64,000 nucleotides of DNA from an uncultured Flavobacteriales bacterium (lineage in GTDB: Bacteria > Bacteroidota > Bacteroidia > Flavobacteriales_D > Sanyastnellaceae): assembly GCA_965661575.1 (NCBI GenBank), contig CBFIEJ010000003.1:7492-71491 (forward strand), given 5' to 3'. Below the pieces are notes generated by a model. That model saw only the letters and a list, made by a program, of their open reading frames with translations. It made no database searches and was not told the DNA's origin. Each line of letters opens with the position of its first letter. Position 1 is the first letter of the stretch. The position numbers and the translations under genes were made by a program. Below are positions 1 to 9,389 of the stretch, piece by piece.

Positions 1-566
1 TCGAAACTTGCCACTGCAGTGAACCCGATGAAGCCCAATACCAAAGTAACAGCCGTTAACAGAAAGGACACGAGCGCATTGCTGACCAATGCCGAGGCCA
101 ATATGCCCAACGCCGTAAAGGCTGATCCCAGAAGCACCAAGCCAAGGTAACTGCCACCAATCGCTCCAAGGTCAAAATTCCAATGCGGCTGCCCCAACCA
201 ACCAATGACAGGCAAGAAAATCAAGGTGGGGACGAGAGCAAGGATCAGCACCGTAAATGCACCTAAATACTTTGCAAGGACCACTTGAGTCTCTGAAATC
301 GGCTTTGTCAGAAGCAATTCCATCGTTCCACTTGCCTTCTCCTCGGAAAAGCTGCGCATGGTAATTGCCGGGATCAAGAAAAGAAAAACCCAAGGGGTCC
401 AGATGAACAAGGCATCCAAGTTCGACTGGCCCTGATCCAAAATATTCCATTCACCAGGAAACACCCAAAGAAACAAGCCTGTGAGCAGCAAAAAAGCGCA
501 AACGACCACGTACCCCATCAGGGTGCTGAAAAAAGTCCGGAGTTCCTTTCGGATGAGTGCCTTCAT
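1..566 (-). CDS. gldF: ABC-2 type transporter permease, GldF-like (gliding-motility ABC transporter); 3' end runs off the window
   Basis: Absent from the ORF track because it has no in-window stop. My translation from ATG (complement of 564-566) gives MKALIRKELRTFFSTLMGYVVVCAFLLLTGLFLWVFPGEWNILDQ...MRSFSEEKASGTMELLLTKPIS... The product is multi-TM and matches the GldF/ABC-2 permease N-terminal pattern. Confidence 0.7.
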   Translation of the reverse strand, partial: MKALIRKELRTFFSTLMGYVVVCAFLLLTGLFLWVFPGEWNILDQGQSNLDALFIWTPWVFLFLIPAITMRSFSEEKASGTMELLLTKPISETQVVLAKYLGAFTVLILALVPTLIFLPVIGWLGQPHWNFDLGAIGGSYLGLVLLGSAFTALGILASALVSNALVSFLLTAVTLVLGFIGFTAVASF

Positions 567-580
567 TGTGAAGTGCGAAT

Positions 581-895
581 TTACATATCTAACTTCATTC
601 CATCAGCAACATTCCAATCAACCGACCAAGCAACAGGCTTGTTAGCAAAGAGGGCTTTTGTCTTCGGCCAAATGCTTCCGAATAGGGCTGATTTTCGATA
701 AGCATTGAGGTCGTCCTGACTCGTCCACCAACTTAATGTTGTTCGCAGTTGAGGATGATCAGCCGACGTCAACATTTCAACCTTTTGACAGCCCGGCATG
801 GCTTCAATACGAGGTCTTATTTCGACAAATAATGCATCAAATCCTTCAACCGATTCGAGTTGAAATTCCATCTTTACAATTCTCAAGATTTTCAT
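581..895 (-). CDS. ABM (antibiotic biosynthesis monooxygenase-like / Dabb) domain protein
   Basis: About 104 aa small protein with an ABM-like pattern (MKILRIVKMEFQ..., ...LSWWTSQDDLNAYRKS...). Its ATG at complement 893-895 overlaps the upstream stop by 1 nt, and it lies 14 nt upstream of gldF, so it is probably co-transcribed. Confidence 0.5.
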   Translation of the reverse strand: MKILRIVKMEFQLESVEGFDALFVEIRPRIEAMPGCQKVEMLTSADHPQLRTTLSWWTSQDDLNAYRKSALFGSIWPKTKALFANKPVAWSVDWNVADGMKLDM

Positions 896-1713
896 CAAAG
901 CTGGTCTTCAGGTTGAAATACGATGCGCACGGATTGATCTCGGCGGAGTCCGAGCAGCGCATCAGCACCGCCATGCCCCCCGGGTGCACTGTGATTATTT
1001 ACAGCGATTTCGAGAAAATCGGTGTGATTAAACAAGGCCAATTCTTTGCCGACAGCAACGTCATGGTACCCCTCACTGATTTGTCTAATGGTCATTCGAG
1101 GCGTGCGCATATGTATTTCAAAAGGACGGTTTTTACCGATTTTGTGAAATGCCTCGCGCGTGATGTTTGTGATGACGTTGCCGTAGTGATCGATGAATGC
1201 AACGTGCCCAACAATGGTGTTTTCTTCAAAACTCATGCGACGCGGCTCCACATTGCGCAATGCTCCGGCCGGGCGTCCGATCAGATCAGCACGACCACCT
1301 TTAGCCAAGTGAGCTGCAGCTAGAACAAAAACCTCGCGTTCCGGAAATGTTGGCGAGTCAACGTCCAAACTCAATCCAGAAAAATCAAAGATGCCTTCGG
1401 GCTCTGAATTCGACAGCAACCGGAAAACGCCCGTATCAGCTCCGATGAAGTGCTGACCGTGCATCGTGACCAGGCGATGCGGAGTCTCTGGTGTATTGGC
1501 GCCTTGCACACAGATCATATGCACGGTACCCTTGGGGAATTCTGGGTAGACTGAACGAAGGAGAAATGCGGCCTCAATGACATCGAATTTTCGAACGTTA
1601 TGAGACACATCCACAATCTGTGCGTCTCCCGCACGGGAGAGCAACGCACCTTTTAATGCCGCCGTGTAGTGGCTTCCTTCCCCAAAATCAGATGTTAATG
1701 TGATGATTGACAC
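895..1713 (-). CDS. SAM hydrolase / SAM hydroxide adenosyltransferase family protein (DUF62, fluorinase/chlorinase-like fold)
   Basis: Shows ...SIITLTSDFG..., ...IVDVSHN... and a C-terminal barrel region typical of DUF62. Start set at GTG 1713, which gives an MSIITLTSDFG-type N-terminus and has a -7-like box GACCTTTG 4 nt upstream. The longest ORF extends to 1755 (ATG at 1749 is the alternative). Confidence 0.72.
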   Translation of the reverse strand: MSIITLTSDFGEGSHYTAALKGALLSRAGDAQIVDVSHNVRKFDVIEAAFLLRSVYPEFPKGTVHMICVQGANTPETPHRLVTMHGQHFIGADTGVFRLLSNSEPEGIFDFSGLSLDVDSPTFPEREVFVLAAAHLAKGGRADLIGRPAGALRNVEPRRMSFEENTIVGHVAFIDHYGNVITNITREAFHKIGKNRPFEIHMRTPRMTIRQISEGYHDVAVGKELALFNHTDFLEIAVNNHSAPGGHGGADALLGLRRDQSVRIVFQPEDQL

Positions 1714-1732
1714 ATTGCAAAGGTCGGGAACG

Positions 1733-1740
1733 TATTTTTG
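1733..1740 (+). promoter_or_regulatory. Bacteroidota -7 promoter element TATTTTTG upstream of phoH
   Basis: Exact TAnnTTTG, 9 nt before ATG 1750. Confidence 0.45.
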
Positions 1741-1749
1741 TCTTTCCAT

Positions 1750-2730
1750 ATGCAACAGAAAGAGATATCCATCCGCGGTGTTGATCCTTTGATTTTCTTA
1801 GGGCCAGAAAATGAAAATTGGCGCAGCATCCGAAATGGATTTGGTGCGCTGCATTTGATGACACGTGGCGAAACGATTACCGCCAAGGGCTCCGTTGAAG
1901 ATCTGGGTCGATTTGAAGAGGTTATTCGAATGATTGTTTGGCACATCGAGCGCTACCAATCCTTGAATGTCGACGATATCGACCGGCTTCTTTCCTCCGA
2001 TGAATCCACTGTCATGAGGCAATCGCAGAAAGATGACACTTTGGTTTACGGCCCAGGAGGCAACCGCATCATGGCTCGAACGCCCAATCAACAAACTTTG
2101 GTCGACTCCATCCGAGCAAATGACATGTGCTTTGCCGTCGGGCCTGCCGGAACGGGCAAGACCTACACAGCAGTTGCCATGGCAGTAGCCGCCCTGAAGG
2201 ATCGAAGAGTAAAAAAAATCATCCTGACCAGGCCAGCTGTAGAAGCAGGAGAGAATCTTGGTTTTTTACCCGGAGACTTGAAAGAAAAGCTTGACCCCTA
2301 CCTGCAGCCACTGTATGATGCGCTCACCGATATGATTCCATTCGAAAAAGTGGCGGATCACTTGGAGAAAGGTGTAATCGAAATTGCACCTCTTGCATTC
2401 ATGCGAGGAAGAACCTTGGACAAGGCTTTTGTCATTCTTGATGAAGCTCAAAACACCACCATCGCGCAAATTAAAATGTTTCTCACCCGAATGGGCCGCG
2501 ACGCAAAATTTGTCATCACGGGTGACGCCACACAGGTCGACTTGCCACGTCATCAAGGCTCAGGACTCGTATATGCACAACGACATTTAAGAGAAATTGA
2601 GGGAATCGGCTTCGTTCAGTTAACAGCAAGCGATGTCATTCGACACCGCCTTGTAAAGGCGGTGATTTCGGCCTTTGAGAAGGCTGATGAGCAAACACCC
2701 CACCCCAGCGAAAAAAAGAAGAGTTCATGA
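1750..2730 (+). CDS. phoH: PhoH-family ATPase (YbeZ-like)
   Basis: Walker A GPAGTGKTY plus LTRPAVEAGENLGFLPGDLKEKLDPYLQPLYDAL and ILDEAQN. Start taken at ATG 1750 because the track TTG at 1738 lies inside the TATTTTTG box. Confidence 0.9.
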   Translation: MQQKEISIRGVDPLIFLGPENENWRSIRNGFGALHLMTRGETITAKGSVEDLGRFEEVIRMIVWHIERYQSLNVDDIDRLLSSDESTVMRQSQKDDTLVYGPGGNRIMARTPNQQTLVDSIRANDMCFAVGPAGTGKTYTAVAMAVAALKDRRVKKIILTRPAVEAGENLGFLPGDLKEKLDPYLQPLYDALTDMIPFEKVADHLEKGVIEIAPLAFMRGRTLDKAFVILDEAQNTTIAQIKMFLTRMGRDAKFVITGDATQVDLPRHQGSGLVYAQRHLREIEGIGFVQLTASDVIRHRLVKAVISAFEKADEQTPHPSEKKKSS

Positions 2731-3674
2731 ACGAGACACTGCATAACGCGACGTTTGAATTTGAGGGACAAACCAGCGCTTATCATGGCAAAGTGCGGGA
2801 CATGTACCGCATTCCAAAAGGCAACATTGTCGCGGTTGTTTCCGATCGAATCAGCGCTTTTGACGTTGTAATGCCCAAAGGAATCCCCTACAAGGGGCAA
2901 GTATTGAATGGGATCGCAAGTCACTTCCTCGATGCCGTTCAAGACATCGTGCCGACGTGGAAGAAAGCAACTCCACATCCCCAAGTCACCATCGGTTATG
3001 CCTGTGAACCCATTCGACTCGAAATGGTCATACGCGGCTATCTGACCGGACACGCGTGGCGAACCTACAAATCAGGCAATCGCACGTTATGCGGCGAAAG
3101 CATGCCCGAAGGAATGAAAGAACATGATGCTTTTGAGACGCCAATCATCACGCCGGCAACAAAAGCGGAAGAAGGACACGATGAAGACATCAGCAGAACC
3201 TCCATCCTTGATCGTGAAATCGTATCCGTTGAATTGTACAACGAATTGGAGCGGATCACGCACGCTCTATTTCAACGAGGAACTGAAATGGCTGCAGCAC
3301 AAGGCTTAATCTTGGTTGACACAAAATACGAATTCGGTTTACTTGATGGGCAATTGATGCTAATCGACGAAATCCATACGCCGGACAGCTCGAGGTACTT
3401 CATTTCAGAGGGATACGAAACACGCCAAAAATCAGGTGCGCCTCAACAACAATTAAGCAAGGAATTCGTGAGAGAGTGGCTCATGGAGCACAACTTTATG
3501 GGGCTCGAAGGTCAAAGCATACCCGAAATGCCTGAGACATTTATCGAGGAGGTAACGAATCGATACATCCGACTGTACGAGCAAGTCACTGGTCAGAAGT
3601 TCATTCGAAGGCCGCTAGATCGACTGGAGCAAGAGATCGAGACAGCCGTAAACCATTGGATTGACAATGCTTGA
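2727..3674 (+). CDS. purC: phosphoribosylaminoimidazole-succinocarboxamide (SAICAR) synthase
   Basis: Long-form PurC motifs: GKVRDMY, LILVDTKYEFG, IDEIHTPDSSRYF. Overlaps the phoH stop by 4 nt. Confidence 0.9.
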   Translation: MNETLHNATFEFEGQTSAYHGKVRDMYRIPKGNIVAVVSDRISAFDVVMPKGIPYKGQVLNGIASHFLDAVQDIVPTWKKATPHPQVTIGYACEPIRLEMVIRGYLTGHAWRTYKSGNRTLCGESMPEGMKEHDAFETPIITPATKAEEGHDEDISRTSILDREIVSVELYNELERITHALFQRGTEMAAAQGLILVDTKYEFGLLDGQLMLIDEIHTPDSSRYFISEGYETRQKSGAPQQQLSKEFVREWLMEHNFMGLEGQSIPEMPETFIEEVTNRYIRLYEQVTGQKFIRRPLDRLEQEIETAVNHWIDNA

Positions 3675-3677
3675 GGG

Positions 3678-4280
3678 ATGGGGCGAAAGAAAAACAAGCC
3701 AGAATGGCAGAAGGATGCGCTATCCATGGTCCGAGCTTTGAAGGCCGGTGAAGTGATCCTGCATTCGACAGACACCGTTTGGGGCCTCGGGGCAATTGCC
3801 AAGGACCAAGACGCAGTGAGCCAAATCTTCAAACTCAAACAACGCGAATCACAAGCTTCACTCATCATGCTTGTTGATTCTCCTGGAATGCTCGAAAAGT
3901 TTCTTCCAAACTTACCAGACGCAGCTTGGGAATTAATGGAAGTAAGTGATCGCCCCCTGACTATTATTGCTGCTGGTCAACCGGAGGCAATTGCGGAGTT
4001 GTCCCCGGGTATCGTCGCTGAAAACGGCACCATTGCCGTTCGATTGGTCAAAGACGAATATGTTTCATTCATCATTCAAGGCATAGGATCTCCTCTTGCT
4101 TCGACCAGCGCCAACCTTTCTGGTCATCCGACGCCTGAATCATTTCAGCAGATCCACCCTTCTCTCACAAGCCATGTAAACACCGTTGCGGAATACCGCA
4201 GGAACGCAAAACCGTGTGGAGTACCTTCGATGATTGTGAAGTTCGATGAGCATAATCGAATCACCATAATTCGGAGCTAA
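3678..4280 (+). CDS. tsaC: L-threonylcarbamoyladenylate synthase (YrdC/Sua5 family)
   Basis: ILHSTDTVWGLGA, SLIMLV and ASTSANLSGHP motifs; 200 aa single-domain form. Confidence 0.82.
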   Translation: MGRKKNKPEWQKDALSMVRALKAGEVILHSTDTVWGLGAIAKDQDAVSQIFKLKQRESQASLIMLVDSPGMLEKFLPNLPDAAWELMEVSDRPLTIIAAGQPEAIAELSPGIVAENGTIAVRLVKDEYVSFIIQGIGSPLASTSANLSGHPTPESFQQIHPSLTSHVNTVAEYRRNAKPCGVPSMIVKFDEHNRITIIRS

Positions 4281-4335
4281 AAATCAAACCCAACGAGAAG
4301 GTTCGGTCCGTATCTTCGTAAGAGAAATTAAGTCC

Positions 4336-5748
4336 ATGAACTTTTCGGCTCATCTGAATCATCCTCTCTTCAAAACAATCGGACAGATTGCTGATGAAAA
4401 TGGACAAGCTGCTTTTGCAATCGGTGGTTTTGTACGCGACCTGCTGATTCAAAGGCCGTGTAAGGACATCGATGTGGTTGTTGAAGGCAGTGGGATCGAA
4501 CTGGCCAAAAAAGCCTCGGTAGCGCTCGGAGCAGGAAAAGTCACGGTGTTCAAAAACTTCGGAACCGCCATGTTTCGTTACCGCGATTGGGAAGTTGAAT
4601 TTGTCGGAGCACGAAAGGAATCTTACGAGCGCGGAAGTCGAAATCCAATTGTTGAAGATGGCACCATCGAGGACGATCAGCGTCGCAGAGACTTTACCAT
4701 CAACGCTCTGGCCATCAGCCTAAATGCCGAAACTTTTGGCGACTTAATTGATCCGTTTGGTGGACTCAAGGACATCGAAAATAGATGCATTCGAACGCCA
4801 CTCGAGCCAGATGTCACCTTTAGCGATGACCCTCTTCGCATGCTTCGTGCCATTCGATTTTCGTCGCAACTTGGGTTTCGCATTGAAGAAGGCAATCTAA
4901 AAAGTATTCGAGCCAATGCGAGTCGCTTAAAAATTATCACGCAAGAACGCATTCACACCGAATTGCATAAAATCATCCAATCCAAAAAGCCATCTAAGGG
5001 CTTTAAACTATTGGATAAATGTGATTTACTGCATCGATTCTTCCCTGAACTCTCCAATCTAAAAGGGGTGGAATGGCGTGATGGCATCGGCCACAAGGAC
5101 AACTTTTACCACACCTTGGAGGTGCTGGACAATGTCGCTGAAGTCTCGGACAATCTTTGGTTGAGGTGGTCTGCCCTGTTGCACGACATTGCAAAGCCCG
5201 CAACGAAAAGATTTCACAAGAAGCAAGGTTGGACCTTCCATGGCCACGAAGACCGAGGTGCTAGAATGGTTCCAAAAATTTTCAAAAGGATGAAACTTCC
5301 TCTTGATCAAAAAATGAAGTTTGTCCAGAAAATGGTCCTGCTCCATCTTCGCCCTATTGCTCTGACAAAGAATCAAATCACTGACAGTGCGGTGCGCCGC
5401 TTGCTTTTTGATGCTGGAGATGACATTGACGCTCTCATGATTTTATGCCGTGCCGACATCACGTCAAAAAACGAATCAAAGGTGAAGCGCTACCTCGCCA
5501 ATTACGACGTGGTCATTCAAAAGCTAAAAGATGTTGAAGAGAAGGATCAACTTCGCAATTTTCAGCCACCCATTTCAGGAGAAGAAATCATGTCCACCTT
5601 TGGGATACCACCGAGTCGCCCCATCGGTAGCATCAAATCTGCAATCAAGGAAGCAATTCTCGAGGGAGACATTCCGAACGAACCGAGTGCAGCCCGCGGC
5701 TTGATGCTCAAAATAGGCGCCGACATGGGTTTGACAGTAAAAAACTGA
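4336..5748 (+). CDS. cca: CCA tRNA nucleotidyltransferase / poly(A) polymerase family with HD domain
   Basis: Nucleotidyltransferase head (GGFVRDLLI, KDIDVVV, RRDFTINALA) plus a C-terminal HD domain (LLHDIAKP, HGHEDRG). Confidence 0.82.
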   Translation: MNFSAHLNHPLFKTIGQIADENGQAAFAIGGFVRDLLIQRPCKDIDVVVEGSGIELAKKASVALGAGKVTVFKNFGTAMFRYRDWEVEFVGARKESYERGSRNPIVEDGTIEDDQRRRDFTINALAISLNAETFGDLIDPFGGLKDIENRCIRTPLEPDVTFSDDPLRMLRAIRFSSQLGFRIEEGNLKSIRANASRLKIITQERIHTELHKIIQSKKPSKGFKLLDKCDLLHRFFPELSNLKGVEWRDGIGHKDNFYHTLEVLDNVAEVSDNLWLRWSALLHDIAKPATKRFHKKQGWTFHGHEDRGARMVPKIFKRMKLPLDQKMKFVQKMVLLHLRPIALTKNQITDSAVRRLLFDAGDDIDALMILCRADITSKNESKVKRYLANYDVVIQKLKDVEEKDQLRNFQPPISGEEIMSTFGIPPSRPIGSIKSAIKEAILEGDIPNEPSAARGLMLKIGADMGLTVKN

Positions 5749-5792
5749 CCAAAGCCAATGGTTTTTCGGATTTCTTAGACGTAGGCTTAGGC

Positions 5793-7475
5793 TTAACCTT
5801 TCCAACCATCCTTTAGGGTCACAGCGCGGTTAAAGACCAGTGCCGATGGCTCGCTGTATTTAGAATCGACCGTGAAGTAACCCAAGCGCGTAAATTGATA
5901 GACCGTCCCGATTTGTGCCGCTGATAGAGAAGGCTCAAGTTTACACCCAGTCTTGATTTCAAGGCTATCTGGGTTTAAACAATCCATGAAATCGCCATTT
6001 GCCTCCGGATCATTTTCCGAGAAGAGTCGGTCATAAAGCCGTACCTCTGCATCCACAGCATCGGCACAAGACACCCAATGAAGTGTTCCCTTGGCCTTGA
6101 TCCCTGATACATCGTGTCCACTTTTGCTGTTTTCGAAGTAATTCACATGCACTTCTGTCACCCGGCCTGAATCGTCTTCAATGTGATTCACATATTCCAC
6201 GATGTAGGCTGATTTCAGGCGAACCACCCGACCCGGTGCCAAACGAAACCACTTCTTATTGACGTCAACTTTAAAATCTTCGGCTTCCATCCAAAGTTCT
6301 CGACCGAACGGCAATTCTCGGGTTCCAGCAGACGGATCTTCCGGGTTGTTTGGTGTTATTAACTGCTCCTTCGCCCCCTCTGGGTAATTCAAAACAATCA
6401 GCTTGATGGGGTTCAACACGCCCATGACCCGAGGCGCAATCCGATTTAAGTCATCGCGTAGCGCCCACTCAAGAAGGCTGACGTCAATTTGGTTGTTGCG
6501 CTTGGCCACTCCAATGCGATCTGCGAACGTGCGAATGCTTTGAGGAGTATAGCCCCGACGACGCAAGCCGCTAATGGTTGGCATTCTGGGGTCATCCCAA
6601 CCATCGACGACGCCCTCCTCAACCAGTTTTAAGAGCTTTCGCTTGGACATCAAAGTATAACTCAGATTCAACCGAGCAAATTCCGTTTGTTCGGTGGGGT
6701 AAATATCCAATGCTTGGATGAACCAATTGTAAAGCGGTCGATGGTTTTCAAACTCTAACGAACATAGGCTGTGTGTGATTTTTTCGATGGAGTCAGACTG
6801 ACCATGTGCAAAATCGTACATCGGGTATATCACCCAATCTTTTCCGGTGCGGTGGTGATCGACAAACTTGATGCGGTAGATCAGCGGGTCTCTCATGAGC
6901 ATGTTATCATGCGCCATATCAATCTTTGCTCTGAGTACACGCGAGCCTTCCGGAAACTCACCTGCCTTCATTTTCTCAAACAACTCGAGATTTTCTTCGG
7001 GTGTGCGTGTCCGAAACGGACTATCCACTCCTGGCCGACCCGGAGCACCCTTTTGAGCAGCCATATCTTCGGATGACTGGTCATCAACATATGCTTTCCC
7101 GGAACGTATCAGTTGACACGCAAATTCGAACAGCTGATCAAAGTAATCGCTTGTGTAGAATTCACCGCCTTCCCAAGTAAAACCTAGCCATGAAACATCC
7201 TTGCGAATGGCGTCGACGTATTCAGTGCTCTCTTTCTCTGGGTTCGTATCGTCAAAACGCAAGTTTGTGACCCCACCATATTTTTTAGCGAGACCAAAAC
7301 TGACGCAGATGGCCTTGGCATGTCCAATGTGCAGATGACCATTTGGTTCTGGCGGGAATCTTGTGTGGACGCGCCCGCCGTGCTTGCCATCAGCAAGATC
7401 CAAGGCTATTTTCTGTTCTATGAAATTAAGAGGACGACTCGTTGAATCGTCAGTGGCTTCCGGCGTGTTGGACAT
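5793..7475 (-). CDS. glnS: glutamine--tRNA ligase
   Basis: Class I HIGH (PEPNGHLHIGHAKA) and KMSKS-like (LMSKRKL) motifs, GlnRS-type length, and a C-terminal beta-barrel region. Confidence 0.92.
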   Translation of the reverse strand: MSNTPEATDDSTSRPLNFIEQKIALDLADGKHGGRVHTRFPPEPNGHLHIGHAKAICVSFGLAKKYGGVTNLRFDDTNPEKESTEYVDAIRKDVSWLGFTWEGGEFYTSDYFDQLFEFACQLIRSGKAYVDDQSSEDMAAQKGAPGRPGVDSPFRTRTPEENLELFEKMKAGEFPEGSRVLRAKIDMAHDNMLMRDPLIYRIKFVDHHRTGKDWVIYPMYDFAHGQSDSIEKITHSLCSLEFENHRPLYNWFIQALDIYPTEQTEFARLNLSYTLMSKRKLLKLVEEGVVDGWDDPRMPTISGLRRRGYTPQSIRTFADRIGVAKRNNQIDVSLLEWALRDDLNRIAPRVMGVLNPIKLIVLNYPEGAKEQLITPNNPEDPSAGTRELPFGRELWMEAEDFKVDVNKKWFRLAPGRVVRLKSAYIVEYVNHIEDDSGRVTEVHVNYFENSKSGHDVSGIKAKGTLHWVSCADAVDAEVRLYDRLFSENDPEANGDFMDCLNPDSLEIKTGCKLEPSLSAAQIGTVYQFTRLGYFTVDSKYSEPSALVFNRAVTLKDGWKG

Positions 7476-7479
7476 GAAG

Positions 7480-7487
7480 CAAAGGTA
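7480..7487 (-). promoter_or_regulatory. -7 promoter element TACCTTTG upstream of glnS
   Basis: Exact TAnnTTTG on the minus strand, 4 nt before the glnS ATG. Confidence 0.5.
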
Positions 7488-7519
7488 ACTTCAAATCCGT
7501 GGGTCAACAACGTTTGCGG

Positions 7520-8230
7520 TTAGAGCAATCGCACATTTTTCATGAGGTTTTCTTTGTACGTCCTACTCACAGGAATGTCTTGTCCGGCGATCTGAACCGT
7601 ACTCTGGTATACATCGATGTGATTGATGTGTTCCAGGTTCACCACGAAATTGCGAGAAACTCGGACAAAATCTGAGGAATTGAGAACCACAAGCAAATCC
7701 TTCAGGGACGCTTTGACATGGTATTGTCTTGTCTCCAGTTGAATGGCACTGTACTTTCCTTCCACCTGAATGTATCGAATTTGACTCAGATCGATTCGCT
7801 TCAATTTATTTCCAACCTTCGTGTAGAAGTGCACGTCTTGCGCACTTTTTCGGTTTTCGAAATCCTCCAAGCGATTCAAAAGCTCGGAAGTTGTTGTCAT
7901 GAGCTGAGAAGAATCGCCTGTTGCATGCAGTTGGTCGTGACCCATCTCCTCGATTGGCATATTCCCTGGCATCACGCGTGATTCCCAAATGTTGTTGGTC
8001 ACGGGGATCAAAGGCTTTCGGCTTTCCAAGACCTCTTTCACTCGTTGCCATTGCGTCAGCCCTGAAAACTTTTCTGGCCAGATCACCGCTTCCGGATCGA
8101 TTTCGAGCGCCGACATCATAGCGTCTTCAGGCGTCGTGACAGTAGCTACATCGTAACCTTTCTCGAGCAAAAACGATTCCGCTTTTTGCTTTGCCTCGTC
8201 CTGGATAACCAACAGCTTTAATTTGTGCAT
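7520..8230 (-). CDS. LytTR-family DNA-binding regulator with a degenerate receiver-like N-terminal domain
   Basis: C-terminal LytTR pattern (IRYIQVEGKYSAIQLETRQYHVKASLKDL...FVRVSRNFVVNLEHI). The N-terminus is receiver-like (KLLVIQDE...). The start is uncertain: ATG at 8230 is used, and the longest ORF reaches 8278. Confidence 0.7.
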   Translation of the reverse strand: MHKLKLLVIQDEAKQKAESFLLEKGYDVATVTTPEDAMMSALEIDPEAVIWPEKFSGLTQWQRVKEVLESRKPLIPVTNNIWESRVMPGNMPIEEMGHDQLHATGDSSQLMTTTSELLNRLEDFENRKSAQDVHFYTKVGNKLKRIDLSQIRYIQVEGKYSAIQLETRQYHVKASLKDLLVVLNSSDFVRVSRNFVVNLEHINHIDVYQSTVQIAGQDIPVSRTYKENLMKNVRLL

Positions 8231-8293
8231 GTCTTTAAAACCCCCAATCAAGCCAATTGTTCTTTTCTTAAATTGCATTCAATCGGTTTTGGT

Positions 8294-8301
8294 TAAATTT
8301 G
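8294..8301 (+). promoter_or_regulatory. -7 promoter element TAAATTTG upstream of clpS
   Basis: Exact TAnnTTTG, 3 nt before ATG 8305. Confidence 0.45.
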
Positions 8302-8304
8302 GCA

Positions 8305-8658
8305 ATGCTTATGATTGAGGAAGAATTTGACCGAGCATTGGTCAGCGAAATACGACTGCAAGAATCAACAGCTCCCACCGCTGCCACGGAGGAGGATGTT
8401 GCAGAGGACATCGCCCTTGAAACCGTAACAACGGAAGGCTGGAATTTGGTGCTTTATAACGACGAGCACAACACGTTTGATCATGTCATTGAAATGCTCA
8501 TCTCAATTTGTGAACATGAAGCATTGCAAGCCGAGCAATGCGCCCTCATGGTTCATTTCCAAGGCAAGTGCGCCGTATTGTCTGGCACGTACGATGAGCT
8601 AGAGCCCAAGTGTTCGAAACTCCTGAGCGCTGATCTCACAGCGGAGATTGAAGCATGA
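8305..8658 (+). CDS. clpS: ATP-dependent Clp protease adaptor ClpS
   Basis: Core ClpS sequence WNLVLYNDEHNTFDHVIEMLISICEH...AEQCALMVHFQGKCAV. The track start TTG 8299 lies inside the TAAATTTG box, so ATG 8305 (or 8311) is preferred. Confidence 0.85.
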   Translation: MLMIEEEFDRALVSEIRLQESTAPTAATEEDVAEDIALETVTTEGWNLVLYNDEHNTFDHVIEMLISICEHEALQAEQCALMVHFQGKCAVLSGTYDELEPKCSKLLSADLTAEIEA

Positions 8659-8662
8659 GACC

Positions 8663-8685
8663 CCGCGTCTTTGCACAAGACACGG
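8663..8685. terminator. hairpin between convergent clpS and rpe (possible bidirectional terminator, no U-tract)
   Basis: ccgcgtctt-tgcac-aagacacgg: 8 of 9 bp stem with a 5-nt loop. Confidence 0.3.
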
Positions 8686-8694
8686 AACTCAACG

Positions 8695-9345
8695 CTACCT
8701 CCCTTTCATTTCAAGGATTGCCGCATGCGGGTCTTCTGCGTTGAACGTTGACGACCCCGCGACGAGAACGTCTGCACCTGCTTCGACCAGTCCAGACCAA
8801 TTCGCTGGTCCCACCCCTCCATCGATTTCAATGTGAGCAGCAGATTTTGCATCGTCGAGCATTCCGCGCATCGCCCGCGTCTTTTGGTAAGTACGTTCAA
8901 TAAAACGCTGACCACCGAATCCCGGATTCACGGACATCAGACACACGAGGTCAATTTCAGCAACTACATCTTTCAGGGATTCCACTGGTGTATGTGGATT
9001 CAAGGCCACACCCGCTTTCATGCCTAATTTTCGAATCTGGCCCAAGGTTCGGTGCAGGTGGGTGCAGGCCTCTGCATGCACCGTTAACACATCCGCGCCC
9101 AAATCTGCAAATTCTGCGAGGTATCGATCAGGATCCACGATCATCAAATGAACATCGAGTGGCTTCTTCGCATGCTGCGCAATGCTCTTGATGACAGGCA
9201 TGCCGAAACTGATGTTTGGAACAAACACTCCATCCATGACATCGAGATGAAACCAATCAGCCTGAGAAGCATTGACCATGTGAATGTCACGTTCTAAATT
9301 GGCAAAGTCCGCGGCTAAAATCGACGGTGCGAGTAAATGTTCCAT
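8695..9345 (-). CDS. rpe: ribulose-phosphate 3-epimerase
   Basis: PSILAADFANLERDI, HLDVMDGVFVPNISFG and MSVNPGFGGQRF motifs. Confidence 0.92.
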   Translation of the reverse strand: MEHLLAPSILAADFANLERDIHMVNASQADWFHLDVMDGVFVPNISFGMPVIKSIAQHAKKPLDVHLMIVDPDRYLAEFADLGADVLTVHAEACTHLHRTLGQIRKLGMKAGVALNPHTPVESLKDVVAEIDLVCLMSVNPGFGGQRFIERTYQKTRAMRGMLDDAKSAAHIEIDGGVGPANWSGLVEAGADVLVAGSSTFNAEDPHAAILEMKGR

Positions 9346-9389
9346 GGCACAAAGTTCAAGGTTCCAATCATTTCATTGACCTTTGTGAG

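Noticed and set aside
172-450. 92-aa minus-strand ORF from the track
   Set aside because: It lies inside the gldF-like gene but in a different frame, and its protein has no membrane or family character. The real gene is the open-ended frame starting at 566.
736-1323. 195-aa plus-strand ORF
   Set aside because: It is antisense to the ABM and DUF62 genes, which have clear family signatures. It has no recognisable motifs.
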